64,000 bases of DNA from Selaginella moellendorffii (Eukaryota; Plantae; Lycopodiophyta). Location of the stretch: contig NW_003314289.1 in the NCBI RefSeq assembly GCF_000143415.4, forward strand, positions 1,544,293 through 1,608,292. Direction: 5' to 3'. This document shows, in pieces, positions 26,043 to 38,556 of the stretch (position 1 is its first letter; each line of letters opens with the position of its first letter). Both the position numbers and the translations under genes were made by a program. The notes under the pieces are model-generated. The model ran no database searches, was not told the origin of the DNA, and saw nothing but the letters and a program-made list of their open reading frames with translations.

Positions 26043-28562
26043 CTACAATACGTAAACACTGCATAACAAAGGACACATCGCAAGGCCATCTTCTGGAGCC
26101 ACGCACTGCGCAGCCTCCACTCCCATGGCCAGGTTGCTGTGCGTTCTCGACGCACCAAGCAGCATCATCCAGCCCATGCTCTCCCTCTCCAGCCCCACAA
26201 ACTGGATCACTTCTCTCGCCTCTGCCAGTCGCCCAGCCCGCGCCAGAAGATCAACCATGCACAGGTAGTGATCTTTGCTCGGCTCCACGGCGTAGTCCAC
26301 AGCCATGGACACAAAGCTCGCCCAGCCTCTCTCCAGCGATCCCTCGTGACTGCACGCGTGTAGAACGCTCTGGAAGGTGACGGCGTCGGGAGAGACCCCG
26401 CACAGCTCCATCTCTCGGACGAGCTCGAGGGCTCTGGCGCTGTGGCCGTGGTGAGCAAACGCTGCCACCATCCCCGTCCACGAGAAAACGTCCCTGTTGT
26501 GGATCTTGGCGAAGCAGCTCCAAGCGTCTCGCAGGCTTCCACACCGGGCGTACAAGCTGAGTAGCGAGTTTTGCACGGCCACGTCCAGCTCCTCGGCCTT
26601 TCCCTCCAGGCTCGAGTGAATCTTCCTGCCTTCCAGTATGTTTCCGAGGCTCGAGCACGCACTCAGAACGCTCGTGTATGTGACGCTGTTGGGTTTGATC
26701 TCCTCGGAGAGCATCGTCTTGTAGAGCGCGAGAGCTTCTTCGCCACGGCCTGCTTGAGCGTATGACGCGATCATCGCGGTCCAGAAAACTACGTCTCGGC
26801 GTTCGTCCCTGCGGCTGCCAAACACCCTCTTCGCGGCTTCCAAGTTTCCACATGCGGCATACATGTTGAGCAGTGCTGTGTCCGTGACGACGTCCGTCTC
26901 AAATCCTTTCGTTGTGATCATAGCCTCGACTTTGCTGCCTGTTTCGATGTCCTTGATCTTCGAGCATGCCTTGAGAGCGTTGGCAAAGGTGACGTTGTTG
27001 GCCTCGACACCGGCTTCATGCATTCTCGCGTACAGCCTGAGAGCCTCGGTATCGCAGTCGTGATCGATATAGCCCACCATCATGAAGTTCCAAGGTATCA
27101 CATCCTTCTTCCCCATCGCCTCGAAGACCTGGCAGGCGCTCTTCAAGCTTCGGCACTTGATATACAAGCTGAGAAGGGAGGTTTCCATTGTCATGTCGGT
27201 CTCAAGTCCACTGCTCACGATTCGAGAGTGAACCTTCTGCCCCTGGGCCAGGTCCTCCATAGCCGAGCAAGCGATGAGGACGTTGGTGTATGTCACAGCA
27301 TTAGGCTCCACGTCCATAGCGTCGTATGCTTCGATAACTTGCTGGGGAGAACCACGCTCGGAGTAGGCCGAGAGCATAAAGTTCCAGCACAAAACGTCCC
27401 TCTTCTCGACACGATCGAACGCCTTCTTTGCATCTTCCAGGTTTCCGCACTTGACATACAATTGCACCAGAGCACTTCCCACCGCAACGTCGGTCTCAAG
27501 CCCCAAAGAAACTAGTCTTCCATGAACTTGTCTGCCCCGAATCACATCTCCACAGCCTGTGCATGCCCCTATAACTCCAACAAAAGTGACTGCGTTTGGC
27601 TCCACGGAGGTCTCTGACTCCATCAGCCTGTAGATCTCGATTGCCTCGCTGTGACGGCCGGACTGGTTGTACGCCGAAATCATAGTACTCCAGGAGATCA
27701 CGTCCTTCCTCTCCAGCCGGTTGAAAACCTTTCTGGCTCCTTCTAAATCTCCACACTTCGCGTACACGTTGACGAGAGCGTTCTGGACTGGAACGTGTGA
27801 CATATAACCGGATGCGAGGAGCCGCTGCTCCATAGCCCTGCAACCTGTAAGCGTCGAAGAACCCCTGGTGATGCTGGCATAAGTAGTGGCATTCGGCTTC
27901 ACACCCTGTAAGTCCATCTCTCGGAGAAGCTTGTGTGACTGCCCGTTGTGAACAGATGCACCAGCCATTGCATTCCAAGTCACTATATCCTTCCGAGCCA
28001 TGCTGTCGAAGACCGCTTTCGCATCTGCTGGACTACCACACTTGGCGTACATGTTGACAAGAGATGTCTGGAGAGATATGTCCCATTTGAACTCGCTGGC
28101 GGAGATGTAGGCGTGAACCTTCTTCCCGAATGGAAGCTCGTTCTGACAAGAGCACGCTCCCAGAACATGTAGACAGGTCACTGCGTTTGGACGGATTCCC
28201 TCACTTTCCATTCGTTCGAACAGCAAAAATGCCTCGTTGCGACGCCCATTCTGGGCATAGGCTCCAATCATCATACTCCACGAGTAAACGTTCTTCTGCT
28301 GCATGCCATCGAACACCTCGCGAGATTTCTGTGTGTTTCCAAACTTGCCATGTAGCTGAATGAGCCAGTTTCTGAAGTAAACGTTGTCTAAGTACCCGGT
28401 ACCGGTAAACCTTGCATAAAGCACATCTAGCTCCCCTGAATCTTGGCACTGCTGCAAGAGTGTGAGACATTTTTGCTGTTGCTCTAACTTTCCACGATCA
28501 AACGGTGCCCCTGCTTTCGATTCGCGGAGAGTCCTCAACTTCCTGCAATGCATGAGATGCAT
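26043..28562 (-). CDS. PLS-class pentatricopeptide repeat protein with truncated E region and no DYW
   Basis: Intronless ORF with P-L-S repeats (NVYSWSMMIGAY, PNAVTF, LVNMYAKCG) and HYLCMVDLLARAG. First ATG at 28562. Confidence 0.93.
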   Translation of the reverse strand: MHLMHCRKLRTLRESKAGAPFDRGKLEQQQKCLTLLQQCQDSGELDVLYARFTGTGYLDNVYFRNWLIQLHGKFGNTQKSREVFDGMQQKNVYSWSMMIGAYAQNGRRNEAFLLFERMESEGIRPNAVTCLHVLGACSCQNELPFGKKVHAYISASEFKWDISLQTSLVNMYAKCGSPADAKAVFDSMARKDIVTWNAMAGASVHNGQSHKLLREMDLQGVKPNATTYASITRGSSTLTGCRAMEQRLLASGYMSHVPVQNALVNVYAKCGDLEGARKVFNRLERKDVISWSTMISAYNQSGRHSEAIEIYRLMESETSVEPNAVTFVGVIGACTGCGDVIRGRQVHGRLVSLGLETDVAVGSALVQLYVKCGNLEDAKKAFDRVEKRDVLCWNFMLSAYSERGSPQQVIEAYDAMDVEPNAVTYTNVLIACSAMEDLAQGQKVHSRIVSSGLETDMTMETSLLSLYIKCRSLKSACQVFEAMGKKDVIPWNFMMVGYIDHDCDTEALRLYARMHEAGVEANNVTFANALKACSKIKDIETGSKVEAMITTKGFETDVVTDTALLNMYAACGNLEAAKRVFGSRRDERRDVVFWTAMIASYAQAGRGEEALALYKTMLSEEIKPNSVTYTSVLSACSSLGNILEGRKIHSSLEGKAEELDVAVQNSLLSLYARCGSLRDAWSCFAKIHNRDVFSWTGMVAAFAHHGHSARALELVREMELCGVSPDAVTFQSVLHACSHEGSLERGWASFVSMAVDYAVEPSKDHYLCMVDLLARAGRLAEAREVIQFVGLERESMGWMMLLGASRTHSNLAMGVEAAQCVAPEDGLAMCPLLCSVYVL

Positions 28563-28592
28563 TAGGTTAATGGAACTCAGACTGACAGACAA

Positions 28593-31500
28593 TCAATAAA
28601 AACCTTGAAAGAAAACTCTTGCTCCCGTGAAAGTGAATTCAATGAGCTCTACCTCCATAAGAATTGCTGTAATCTTCTTCATCATCTGGAAACAGAGAAA
28701 GCAGAATAAGTTTCTCGTCACTGGCATTTCAAAGCAAACAAACCATTTCCATGTTCTGAGCTTCTTCCTTTGAGAGAGATGCCAGCTTCTGGCTCCAAGC
28801 TTGCAGCCCGTTCATGCCGCTGCCAGTGCTGTCCATGTCTAGGCTCTCCTCGAGGCGTGCTCTCTCAGCTACGAAATGCTGTCTGGCAGACTGAAACCAG
28901 TGCAGAGAATCGAATTGTTTGTCTTGGTCCAGAACCTGAAATCCAGTTTGATATTTGTAACTGTGTCAAAGATTACTAACCTTCAGAATATAGGCAATCC
29001 CAAGAGCAAATCCATCGTCGGTAAACGTTGCATTTACAGCATCTCTTCCGCGTTTATGAAGCTTCTCTTTTGACTGGAGTATTGCATCCGCCGCATTGAT
29101 AGTCAGAGCAGGAACCAACAAGAAAAAATCTCGCAGATGTATGTTGTCATTGCCCTTAAGTTCCTGCTAGAGAACGTATGTATCATTCCACATAAACAAA
29201 TATAGTGTTACCGAGAATATATTTGTAAGGATCGCGAAGTAATCAGTCTCGTTGACTGATAGGTTTTGGCTCTCTAAAGCCTTATCCAGTATCAGACCGG
29301 CATCAATGCCAGCTTTGGGCAAGAAAAATGTCTTGGCTGCTTCCTCAAATCCTTTAGTCATCGGCAGAGACCTGCCAAAAACAAAGGAAGTTATATTTCC
29401 ATTGGACTACATTCTCTTACCCGCAAGCAGTAGTGCAATAATTCAATCCCCCTAGGCGAACCATCCTGACAAAGCCGAGCGCGTTTCCCATCTCCGCAAT
29501 GAGACGTCGAAACTGGTCTAGAAAGCTGAATCCATCATCAGTAACTCCAAGTTTTCTGATATCTTTGTTCAGTTTCTCAGCTCTTTCCACTGGGTAGCCG
29601 CTGTCGGCTTGCAGTTTCTTTTCCTGAAATAAATAACATCTAGTTATTGAGCTTTGGAAAGCATCTTACCTTATAGAATCGTTGTTCCTTCACCATTCGA
29701 GACTTGATGTGATCATCAAATAAGAATTGTGAGAAAACCAGGAACTTCTGAGCGAGAAACTGATACGCGAAGTTCACAGTGGTGCTCATAATTCCAATGC
29801 CATGAGTCCGGATTGAATTTGCAGCGTGCTTCACGTTGACCGTGTTCAGATTTTTCCTGTTTCGTGCATTTGAAGGTCTCTCAACAAATACCTGTAGGAA
29901 GTTGTGAAATGCTAGGCTCGTTTTGAATCAAGGTCTACCTGAGTGTTGAGGTTGTAGGTATAACACGCTACGAATATATGTATGTTGCGCATTATTTCCA
30001 ATACGTCCACCCCTTGCTCTAAAGTTTGACCAGGAAGATGAATTGCATCCAACGAAAGCCCATATTTAAGCTCCGCGATATTTTTCATTTCATTGTATGT
30101 CTGAAAAAACCAGGGCTGTAAATCAACCACTGAAAGTTGTAACAATACCTTCCAGTTGTGCAGCGCAACGGCCGCATGGTCATAAAATGCTGCATTCAGG
30201 TAGACTTCAACCCGAGACTTAATGTGAATGAACGAAGAGAGGAGGCGTAAAGGTTTGATTTTTAGAAACCAGGAGGGATCCCGAACTCCTGTCTGAAAGA
30301 CATATAAGGAAGAGACAATTTTGTGCAGGAAACACACCTTTGTAGGATTTACATTCACTGCTCCTTTTAAATGAGCCGAGTGTACATGTAGCCTCAAATC
30401 CGTCTCTATATCGTGACAGATGGGTTCTACCACCTCCTGTTAAGCAAAACAGTGAGTTAGTATAAAAAGAGCATTCTCTCAATTACTGTAAGTAGGCAAT
30501 CCCGTATCGACTTCTCGTACAATGAGGCATCAGCACATCCACACTGGAGTAGCTTGGCTCCGTCCAAAAATGCAGACACCAAGTACCTAATATGAAAAGC
30601 ATGCCAAGTGAAGAAATGAATTCAAAAGTTGAAATCTTACTGCAAATGTCTGGCTTCGCCGGCTTGTGAATAAACCATAGCAAAGCAGGTTGCCATCATC
30701 TCTTTGTTCCAAAATAAGAAGCTACAGTCTGTGGCCATTTGAATTAAGCTTCCTCGATTCAAAGTCAGCTCTATGAGAGCAATATAGTCTTCAATTTCCT
30801 TGATACGCTCCTCCTGTAACTTGGTTTGCTGTTTAAAAGAACGAAAAGAAAAAGAAAAGAAGAGGAAGGGGGTCATCACAATGCATAATTTCAAATAACC
30901 TTCTGGAATTACCAAGCAAGTCACTACATCGAAGGCAAGGCGAAATGTAAACAATCCTTGAACTGTTGGTAAAAAATCCAGTGCTTTCATTGTAATATTC
31001 AGCTGTTTAAAATGATGCAGATTAGTCACGAGTTAGAATTGCAAAGCACTTACTGCACATAATGCATCCATGAGCTTAAGTTCTGGTTCCCTTGTTTCTT
31101 CATGCCAAAAAACACATTAGATTGGCCAGAAAACCACAGGTTAAGGTAACTTACTGCTCGGCGAACGGTTAAACATGTTTCCATTAGAAGTTTTTAGTTT
31201 TGAATTTAGATCCTCTGCCAGCCAAGACTGCAGCAAATTATCACGAGGAACAGAATTTATTTTGTTTATGTACCTTAAACTGCAATAGACGTTCCCTGAC
31301 GACAGACATAAGATGGCCCACTATCTGGCCAACACTCAGCGCAACCTCCTGCCTCAGTTTGTTGAACATGTACTCAATTGCCTGAGAAATAAAACGCATT
31401 AAGTTTGAAGACATCCCCAAATGCTTACTTTGAGTAGTTCCATTCCGTAACGCAATTGTCTCACTTGCTCCTTGCTTATCGGCACCTTGAATACAATATC

Positions 31501-33287
31501 TAAGAACTTTGTAACCACAGCCTTTAAACGTACCTCGAGAAGAACATGCAGATCGATTGCAGATCTTAGAAACTTTTGAAGCTTGTTTGCAAGCAGAATC
31601 CCCTGTAAAACCTTCAGGCATCAGAGGAAACCTCTTGGTAACGTACCAGGGTTGCTTGTTGCAAATGCCTATCCAGTAGAGACTGACTAGAAAGATTCTG
31701 CGCCTACCTTAAAAGTAAAACGTCAGATCGGAGACGACGACGAGAGGTCACTTACAGGTGATGAAGCTGCCAACGTGCTAAATGAAACCAGCCAATCACA
31801 GATTGAACGATGTGTTTCATGAGAATCTCTAGAACGAATGTGCATATTAGAAATTCAAATATCAGTAGAACGAAAGCCTTACTTGATCAGAGCTTCGTCC
31901 AAACGGGTAAGGTAGCTACGCTTCAAGATCGCAGCATCCCTTCGCACGTCCCTGAACAAGGTTGAGGCGCGAAACCAAGACGGAGAGTGTGCACTTAAAA
32001 ACTCGATCGAGAGAAACCTCACGTTTGAGACCGGATGCAGTACGGGAAAATTTGCAGCTAGTTTCGAGATCATTTTCAGCGTCTTCTTGTCACTAGCTTC
32101 TCCTGGTAGAGACAAATACTATCAAGGAGATGAAAAAGGAGTTCCTACAGCATACCACTGATCCATGAATAGAGCACAAAAACTCCCAAAAGCCCCACGA
32201 GCTTCTCACGGTCGTCAGGTTGCTCCTTGGAGGTTTCTAAAACAAAAGTTCCATTAGGACCATCTACACTCGTAGAAAAGCTCGTACCGATGGCATTTAA
32301 GACTTTGACAATGGCCGTCCTTAAGCCGAAGGATACCTCTTCAAGAAACAAAGCATTGTCTTTGAGTTCTTCCTTTTCTAATTGCAGAGAAAAATCCTCG
32401 TGTATGCATCTCTGGGCCACAAACATATTAGTTCTACTCATCATCACTGCCAAAACGCAAAAACAAAAACCTGAAAGAGGCCGGTCACGAGCAGATCGTC
32501 CATCTCACTCACAGCACGATGGAGAGACTCGATCTGATTAGCTTCCACGTCGAAAGAATCTGGTTCAGCTCTCACAGACTGCAACATTCTAAGAAAGTTA
32601 TTAGATAGAAATCTCACATTGCGAGCAAAGAACACACATACATACCTTGTAAACAGGGACAGGGAATGGCCAATAGCTCCATTATGCGAAACAATCTCGT
32701 CCAGTATCATCAAAATTCCAAGACCTTCGCCGAGGGAGCTGATCGCTGTGTGGAAGTGCACACTCGAGAGAGTCGAGAACGTTTGCTTCTTTCTCGAGAG
32801 TGGAGAGTAGAGTGCTTGCAACTGGCGAAAGAGATTCCCCAGCAACCCTCTCAATCCCACGATCGAAGTTTTAAGCTCGTGGAAGAATCCATACCACCTT
32901 GCGAATGCCAGTTGGACGCTTCCCTCGAGAGAAGCCTTGTCAGAATCGCCAAATACGAGCAGCCGGGGATAGATCTTTTCCAGCGCCTGCAAAATTTCGA
33001 TCAATATCGGAGCTCTGGGACCAGATTTTGCCTACCTCTCGCCTAAATCGCGAGATTTCCACGCAATCGAAGGCCAGCGGCATGAGAACCTTGTTGACAG
33101 TGGCATTGTCGCTGACGATCATCTTTGGAAGCGAAACCCCAGATTCGCAAAGAGTGAGCGCCAAACCAATAGGATCCGCATTGCAAGGAGAGGCGGCTCC
33201 TCCCAGCTTCCAGACCTGATCCCTCCACTCATCCACAAAGCGCCGCAATCGCTCCTGCTGCTCGTAGGCAATGGCGCCATCCTCCAT
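28593..33287 (-). CDS. WASHC4: WASH complex subunit 4 (SWIP/KIAA1033 homolog), multi-exon
   Basis: [68 protein letters not shown]-terminal GARVFF. Confidence 0.92.
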
Positions 33288-33369
33288 AGCCGAAACTTAA
33301 AACCCTAGCCAACGAATATCCGTGTGATTTAAAACTTTTCATCCTTGCAAGAAAGAATATTCACGAGAA

Positions 33370-36300
33370 TCATTTGCCACCTTGCATGGAAAGAGAGTAG
33401 AAGTTATTGTCTCGACATCCAACGAATATTTGTCCTCCAAGAACCATGGGTGTTGAAAATACGTCCCCGGGCAGCTTAAATTTTCCTATCACAGCAACAC
33501 AGCCAGGAACTTGTGATTTGGGCTCGCCCAAGGAATGGTCGCATGAAACCATCGCTGGAGCTTTGAGAACGTAGAGATTTCCAGAGGTAGTACACACGCA
33601 CAAAAGCCTGGACGAAGAGAACCAAGAGCGTGTTATTAGACAGCATTTCTTTGTTTCACCTGTAAGCGTTGTCTTCCTCGACTAGTTGAATGGCTTCATC
33701 GATCCACGGTCCGGCTACTATTGGTTCTTCCAGGCAGATTTTCCATAGAAGCTTGCCAGAAATCTGTCACACAAATCCGTGAGAAACAATGCAATGGACT
33801 ATCCCTTCGTTTTACCTGGCAGTATGAGTAAACATGCCCGTCCCGAGAACATACGAGAACCTGACAGCAAGAAACTTAGGAGTGGCCAAAAACAGTCCAA
33901 TTTACTTGGTGAAAGATTGCCGAGGAGGTGTATACACCAGAGAACACTGGACCAAGTGTGTTCACCTGGAAGTTGGAACGGGAGGCTTGAAAGGTGAAAC
34001 AAAATTATGAGCAAACCTTCCAAGCAATGTCACCAGTAGAAGAAAACGCGGTTACAGAACCATCAACAGCAGCAACGAGAACTGCAAAAGTGTGTAAGTG
34101 AGGAACAGGAGCACAAGCGAGTCAATACCGTTTCCGGTGGAAGAATCTACGTTGGGGGACGCAAAAATAGGTGCCCCTACATCGCGTTCCCAGGATAAAC
34201 CATAGTTTGGCTGAAACATCGTAGAGATAGGCCAGTCAGCCTACAAAGCTATTAGAATACCTGCGTGCAAATGAGATACAGCCGACCACCAGTTGTAGCA
34301 ATGTAGACATTCTTCCGCAACTACAAGGAAAAACATTAATCTCTGGCTGAACAATAGGAAACGCCAATCGACTTACTGCATCAGTTGCTGGAGATCCAAA
34401 AATGCTCCCATGACACAAATACCTCCATATGCACGTACGAGAAATAGGATCCAGAACATACACAATATGGTCATGCGAACCACACCTGCAGGAAACTCTC
34501 AGAGTCTCATACGCTGCTTAATGGCAGCTTACCAGATGTATCCTTCCCAAGTATCAACAACTGGTTGGCATTTTACCTGCGACGTAAATTTGATGCGAAA
34601 CTAAAGTTCCCAGAATAAACATTACCTCGCCATCTGTTTGAAATCTCCACATGACCCTTCCGTCGTCTGGATCCAGAAAATACACAAAGCCATCGTAACA
34701 GCCAACAACAACCTGGAATGTTCACGTTAATTAAGAGATGGAAAGTAAAAGAAGGAAAACTAGTCTGAACCTGTGAAAAGTCGCCTGTCACAGCAGCTGT
34801 AGACTCGACCCGACCTCCCAGACTTGTCTCCCATATTTGTTCCCCACTGCATTAGTTCGACGTTAGATGAAAACCACGTAAAAGGTCCTAAAGGTACCTG
34901 ATAGCATCGATACAGAAAAACTTCCAAGCATGAGAGCCAATGTAGAGCCGATAGCCTGAAGTTGTAGTCAACAATAAAGGCGACGCATCAACACAAGCGT
35001 GCAAGCATTTCCCCCATGTAACTTGAATTTCCCGAGAGCCTGAAGTACCAAGGTTGCATTTTGTTGTTACTACCTGGTTATACTGGTTGTGTCGAACGAA
35101 AACGGAGGGCGTAGGTACCGAAATATGACGAGGCCAAGATGGACGAGGCGAAACATAAGTATGAACAGTCTTGAGTCTCTTTGGGCCGTAGCAAGAGCAG
35201 GTTACTTCTTCACGGCTACCGCCTCTTCTTACCTCAACCTTGTCATCATCCACACGTTGAGCACTCTGCATGGCGTCATAAAGTTCGAGAGCCGTCCGGA
35301 ACTTGAAGAGCAGACGCATGTCAATACCGAGTAAGTGAGCGGCATGGGCTGCAGAAACCGACGTTCCTCCGGACAAGAAAAAATCGTCTGAAGGAGAAAT
35401 GCTGTCAGAAAGTAACACTTCTGAAAAACTCTGCAGGTCCACGAAAAACAGTTGGAACATGGAAAATAAGAATTCTATTTACCTGTATGACCCTTTGAAC
35501 AGATTCCGAAGCAAATGATTGTAATTTTCCATGAGAAGCAACGGTGTTACTCAGCTTCTGAATGGCGGAATAGTCAACCTTTCCAGAGCTCGTCAGTGGG
35601 AAGGCATCGACGAAAATATAACGCTCGGGAACCATATACGACGGGAGTCTTTTCGTCAGCCATTCCCTGAGGTTATCCTCTTTATGATTGTCGTCGTTTG
35701 CCTTCAAGATGACACAAGCTGCTAGTTGGATGTCATCGCTTGCAAGACGAAGAGGGTACACGGCTGATTTCTTTACCTGCTGATTTTCCTCTAGACACCT
35801 TTCGACTTCTTCAGGTTCCACTCGTTGGCCGTGGACTTGAAAAAGCCTGTCCGTCCGCCCGACCAAAATGATGTCTCCGTTTTCTAATCTCCTTGCCAAA
35901 TCTCCGGTTCTGAAAGCCTTTTTCTTTTCGGACTCGAAAAATCGGAGAGAAGTGCCGCTTTCATCGTTCCAGTATCCGTGCGAAACACCTGCACCACTGA
36001 TACACAATTCTCCGAAGTTGACATCGGCTCCATCGACTGGTTGGATATGAATGAAGCAACCTGTAATAGGCGTCCCAATAGGAACATTCGTTTCGCTAAA
36101 CATATCGCTCAACTCGTTGCAGTCGAAACAAGAGCAGTCACCAGACACCTGAAAAAGTAAATTTGCTTAGCATCCCAAGAGTGTAGAAGTGTTTTACCTC
36201 TGTGCTGCCATACAGGTTTAAAACCCGTATCCATGGTAGACTCTTGCGAAGTTCAAGCACCAGCCTGTATGACAGTGCCTCTCCGCTTGATACGAGAAGA

Positions 36301-37287
36301 CACAGCCTCATACTTCCAGAGCTAGAAGCTTGAAAAGCAGGCAAAAGTGCGCGTAGCAACGATGGAACGGCAACCAGTCTTGTCACGCTGAAAGCCTGCA
36401 AGCTTTAAAACAACAATTAAAAGGATAAGAAACGAAAACTCACACGCACTTGCAAATAGTTTAGCAGTCCAAGAGGATTTCGCTTGATATCCCGCTCGCA
36501 AGGAATGACGAGTGACGCCCCGGCAAAGAGCGGACCAAGAGACTCCGTCAAGTGATCGATGAAACCAATCGCAGTCTTAAACAAGCCAACGTCCGATGAA
36601 GAATGCGGATATGAGTCCTCCATCCACTGAAGACGATTGAGCAATCCTAGTTAGAACAGAAACTTTAAAAATCCGGACTACTGCGCAAACAAGCTTACCA
36701 GTATCAGTGCCGCACACGCCTTTGGGCTTTCCCGTGGATCCAGACGTGTACATGATGTAAGAAAATGGTGGTCTAGAGCACGGCCAAGTAGTGCTCTTCG
36801 TCCTCTCCTCCACCTCCAGTTTTCCCAGATCACCAATGCGAAGCTCACGACAAGGTAGACTCTGTGAAACTTCACTGAAATGGTTCTGGTAGTCATCCGG
36901 CAACCATGGCGACTGATCGCATCCTACTATCAACGAAGCCTTCGAATCTACCATGACCTCGGTAATCCTCGAAAGTGGCCACGAAGAATCGAGAGGTACA
37001 AACACCGCTGCTGCCTTGTTCACGGCCAGAATCGCCACCAGATACTCGGCCGATCGAGGAATCATCACTCCAACAGTGCTCACGCCTGAATCAGGGTCCT
37101 TGGAGCCAGCGGCATCGAGAGCGCTTGCAATCTGGCGACTATAACACTTGACAGAGCTCCAAATCTCCCAGAATGTGTAGCGCCGATCAATACCACCATC
37201 ACCCCCGGCGTGGATTACACAAACCTGGCCTGGAAATCTCGCCGCCACGGCGCGGAAGGAATGCGCCAAAGAAGAGCCCTCCTCCAT
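33370..37287 (-). CDS. AASDH/ACSF4-like (AAE19-like) NRPS-type protein: adenylation domain, carrier domain and PQQ-like beta-propeller, multi-exon
   Basis: YIMYTSGSTGKPKGV, NLYGSTE, FRTGDL, FPLTSSGKVDY, carrier DFFLSGGTS, propeller motifs CVDASPL..YIGSH and VFSTP. Confidence 0.92.
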
Positions 37288-37380
37288 GACTGCTAAACCC
37301 TAAAGAATGACTCGATAGATAGAAGATATATATTTACTTGAAATGCTAGAACAAGAGTTAAGATCTTATCATCGACCACA

Positions 37381-38037
<657 letters not shown>

Positions 38038-38217
38038 CTACTACAATTCTCATCGTTATGGTTATGGAATTTATATGTTGGCTGGAGGAGGAAGGTCCAA
38101 ATTTAGCTTTGTTGTTTTGAATCGTCCAGGAATTGATTCGCTAGGAGAGGTTCCAGTCAACAGTACATTGACTAGAGTGGACTAAGAGTTGACCGGGCCA
38201 GTACGACTTCGTGAAAT

Positions 38218-38290
38218 GCGCCTGTAGCTCAGTGGATAGAGCGTCTGTTTCCTAAGCAGAAAGTCACAGGTTCGACCCCTGTCTGGCGCG
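38218..38290 (+). tRNA. tRNA-Arg(CCT)
   Basis: 73-nt cloverleaf with CCT anticodon. Confidence 0.97.
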
Positions 38291-38556
38291 AGTAACAGAC
38301 AACTCCTTATGGTTCACAGCAATCTAAATTTCTCTGTTTCGTTACAAAATGAAAAAGAAGATATAGATATATGCCAAAGACCATGTGTTTGTTTTTGTTT
38401 TCTTTCATTTATAAGAAAGAAAGAAGAGTTAATAGTTACACATTATGCCATACCGGATTTCTGGACATGGTAGTAGAGCAGGTAAGTAACTAGACCCAGC
38501 ATCCACTCCGTAGATATTTACAAAAATTGCTTTGTTTCTGTTACATTTCTAGGAGA

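Noticed and set aside
32940-33287. Apparent frameshift in the WASHC4 5' region
   Set aside because: It is explained by a short GT-AG intron at about 32987-33034.
33370-37287. Bacterial NRPS acquired by horizontal transfer
   Set aside because: The A-T-PQQ architecture is the widely conserved eukaryotic AASDH/AAE19 family, and the gene has many introns.
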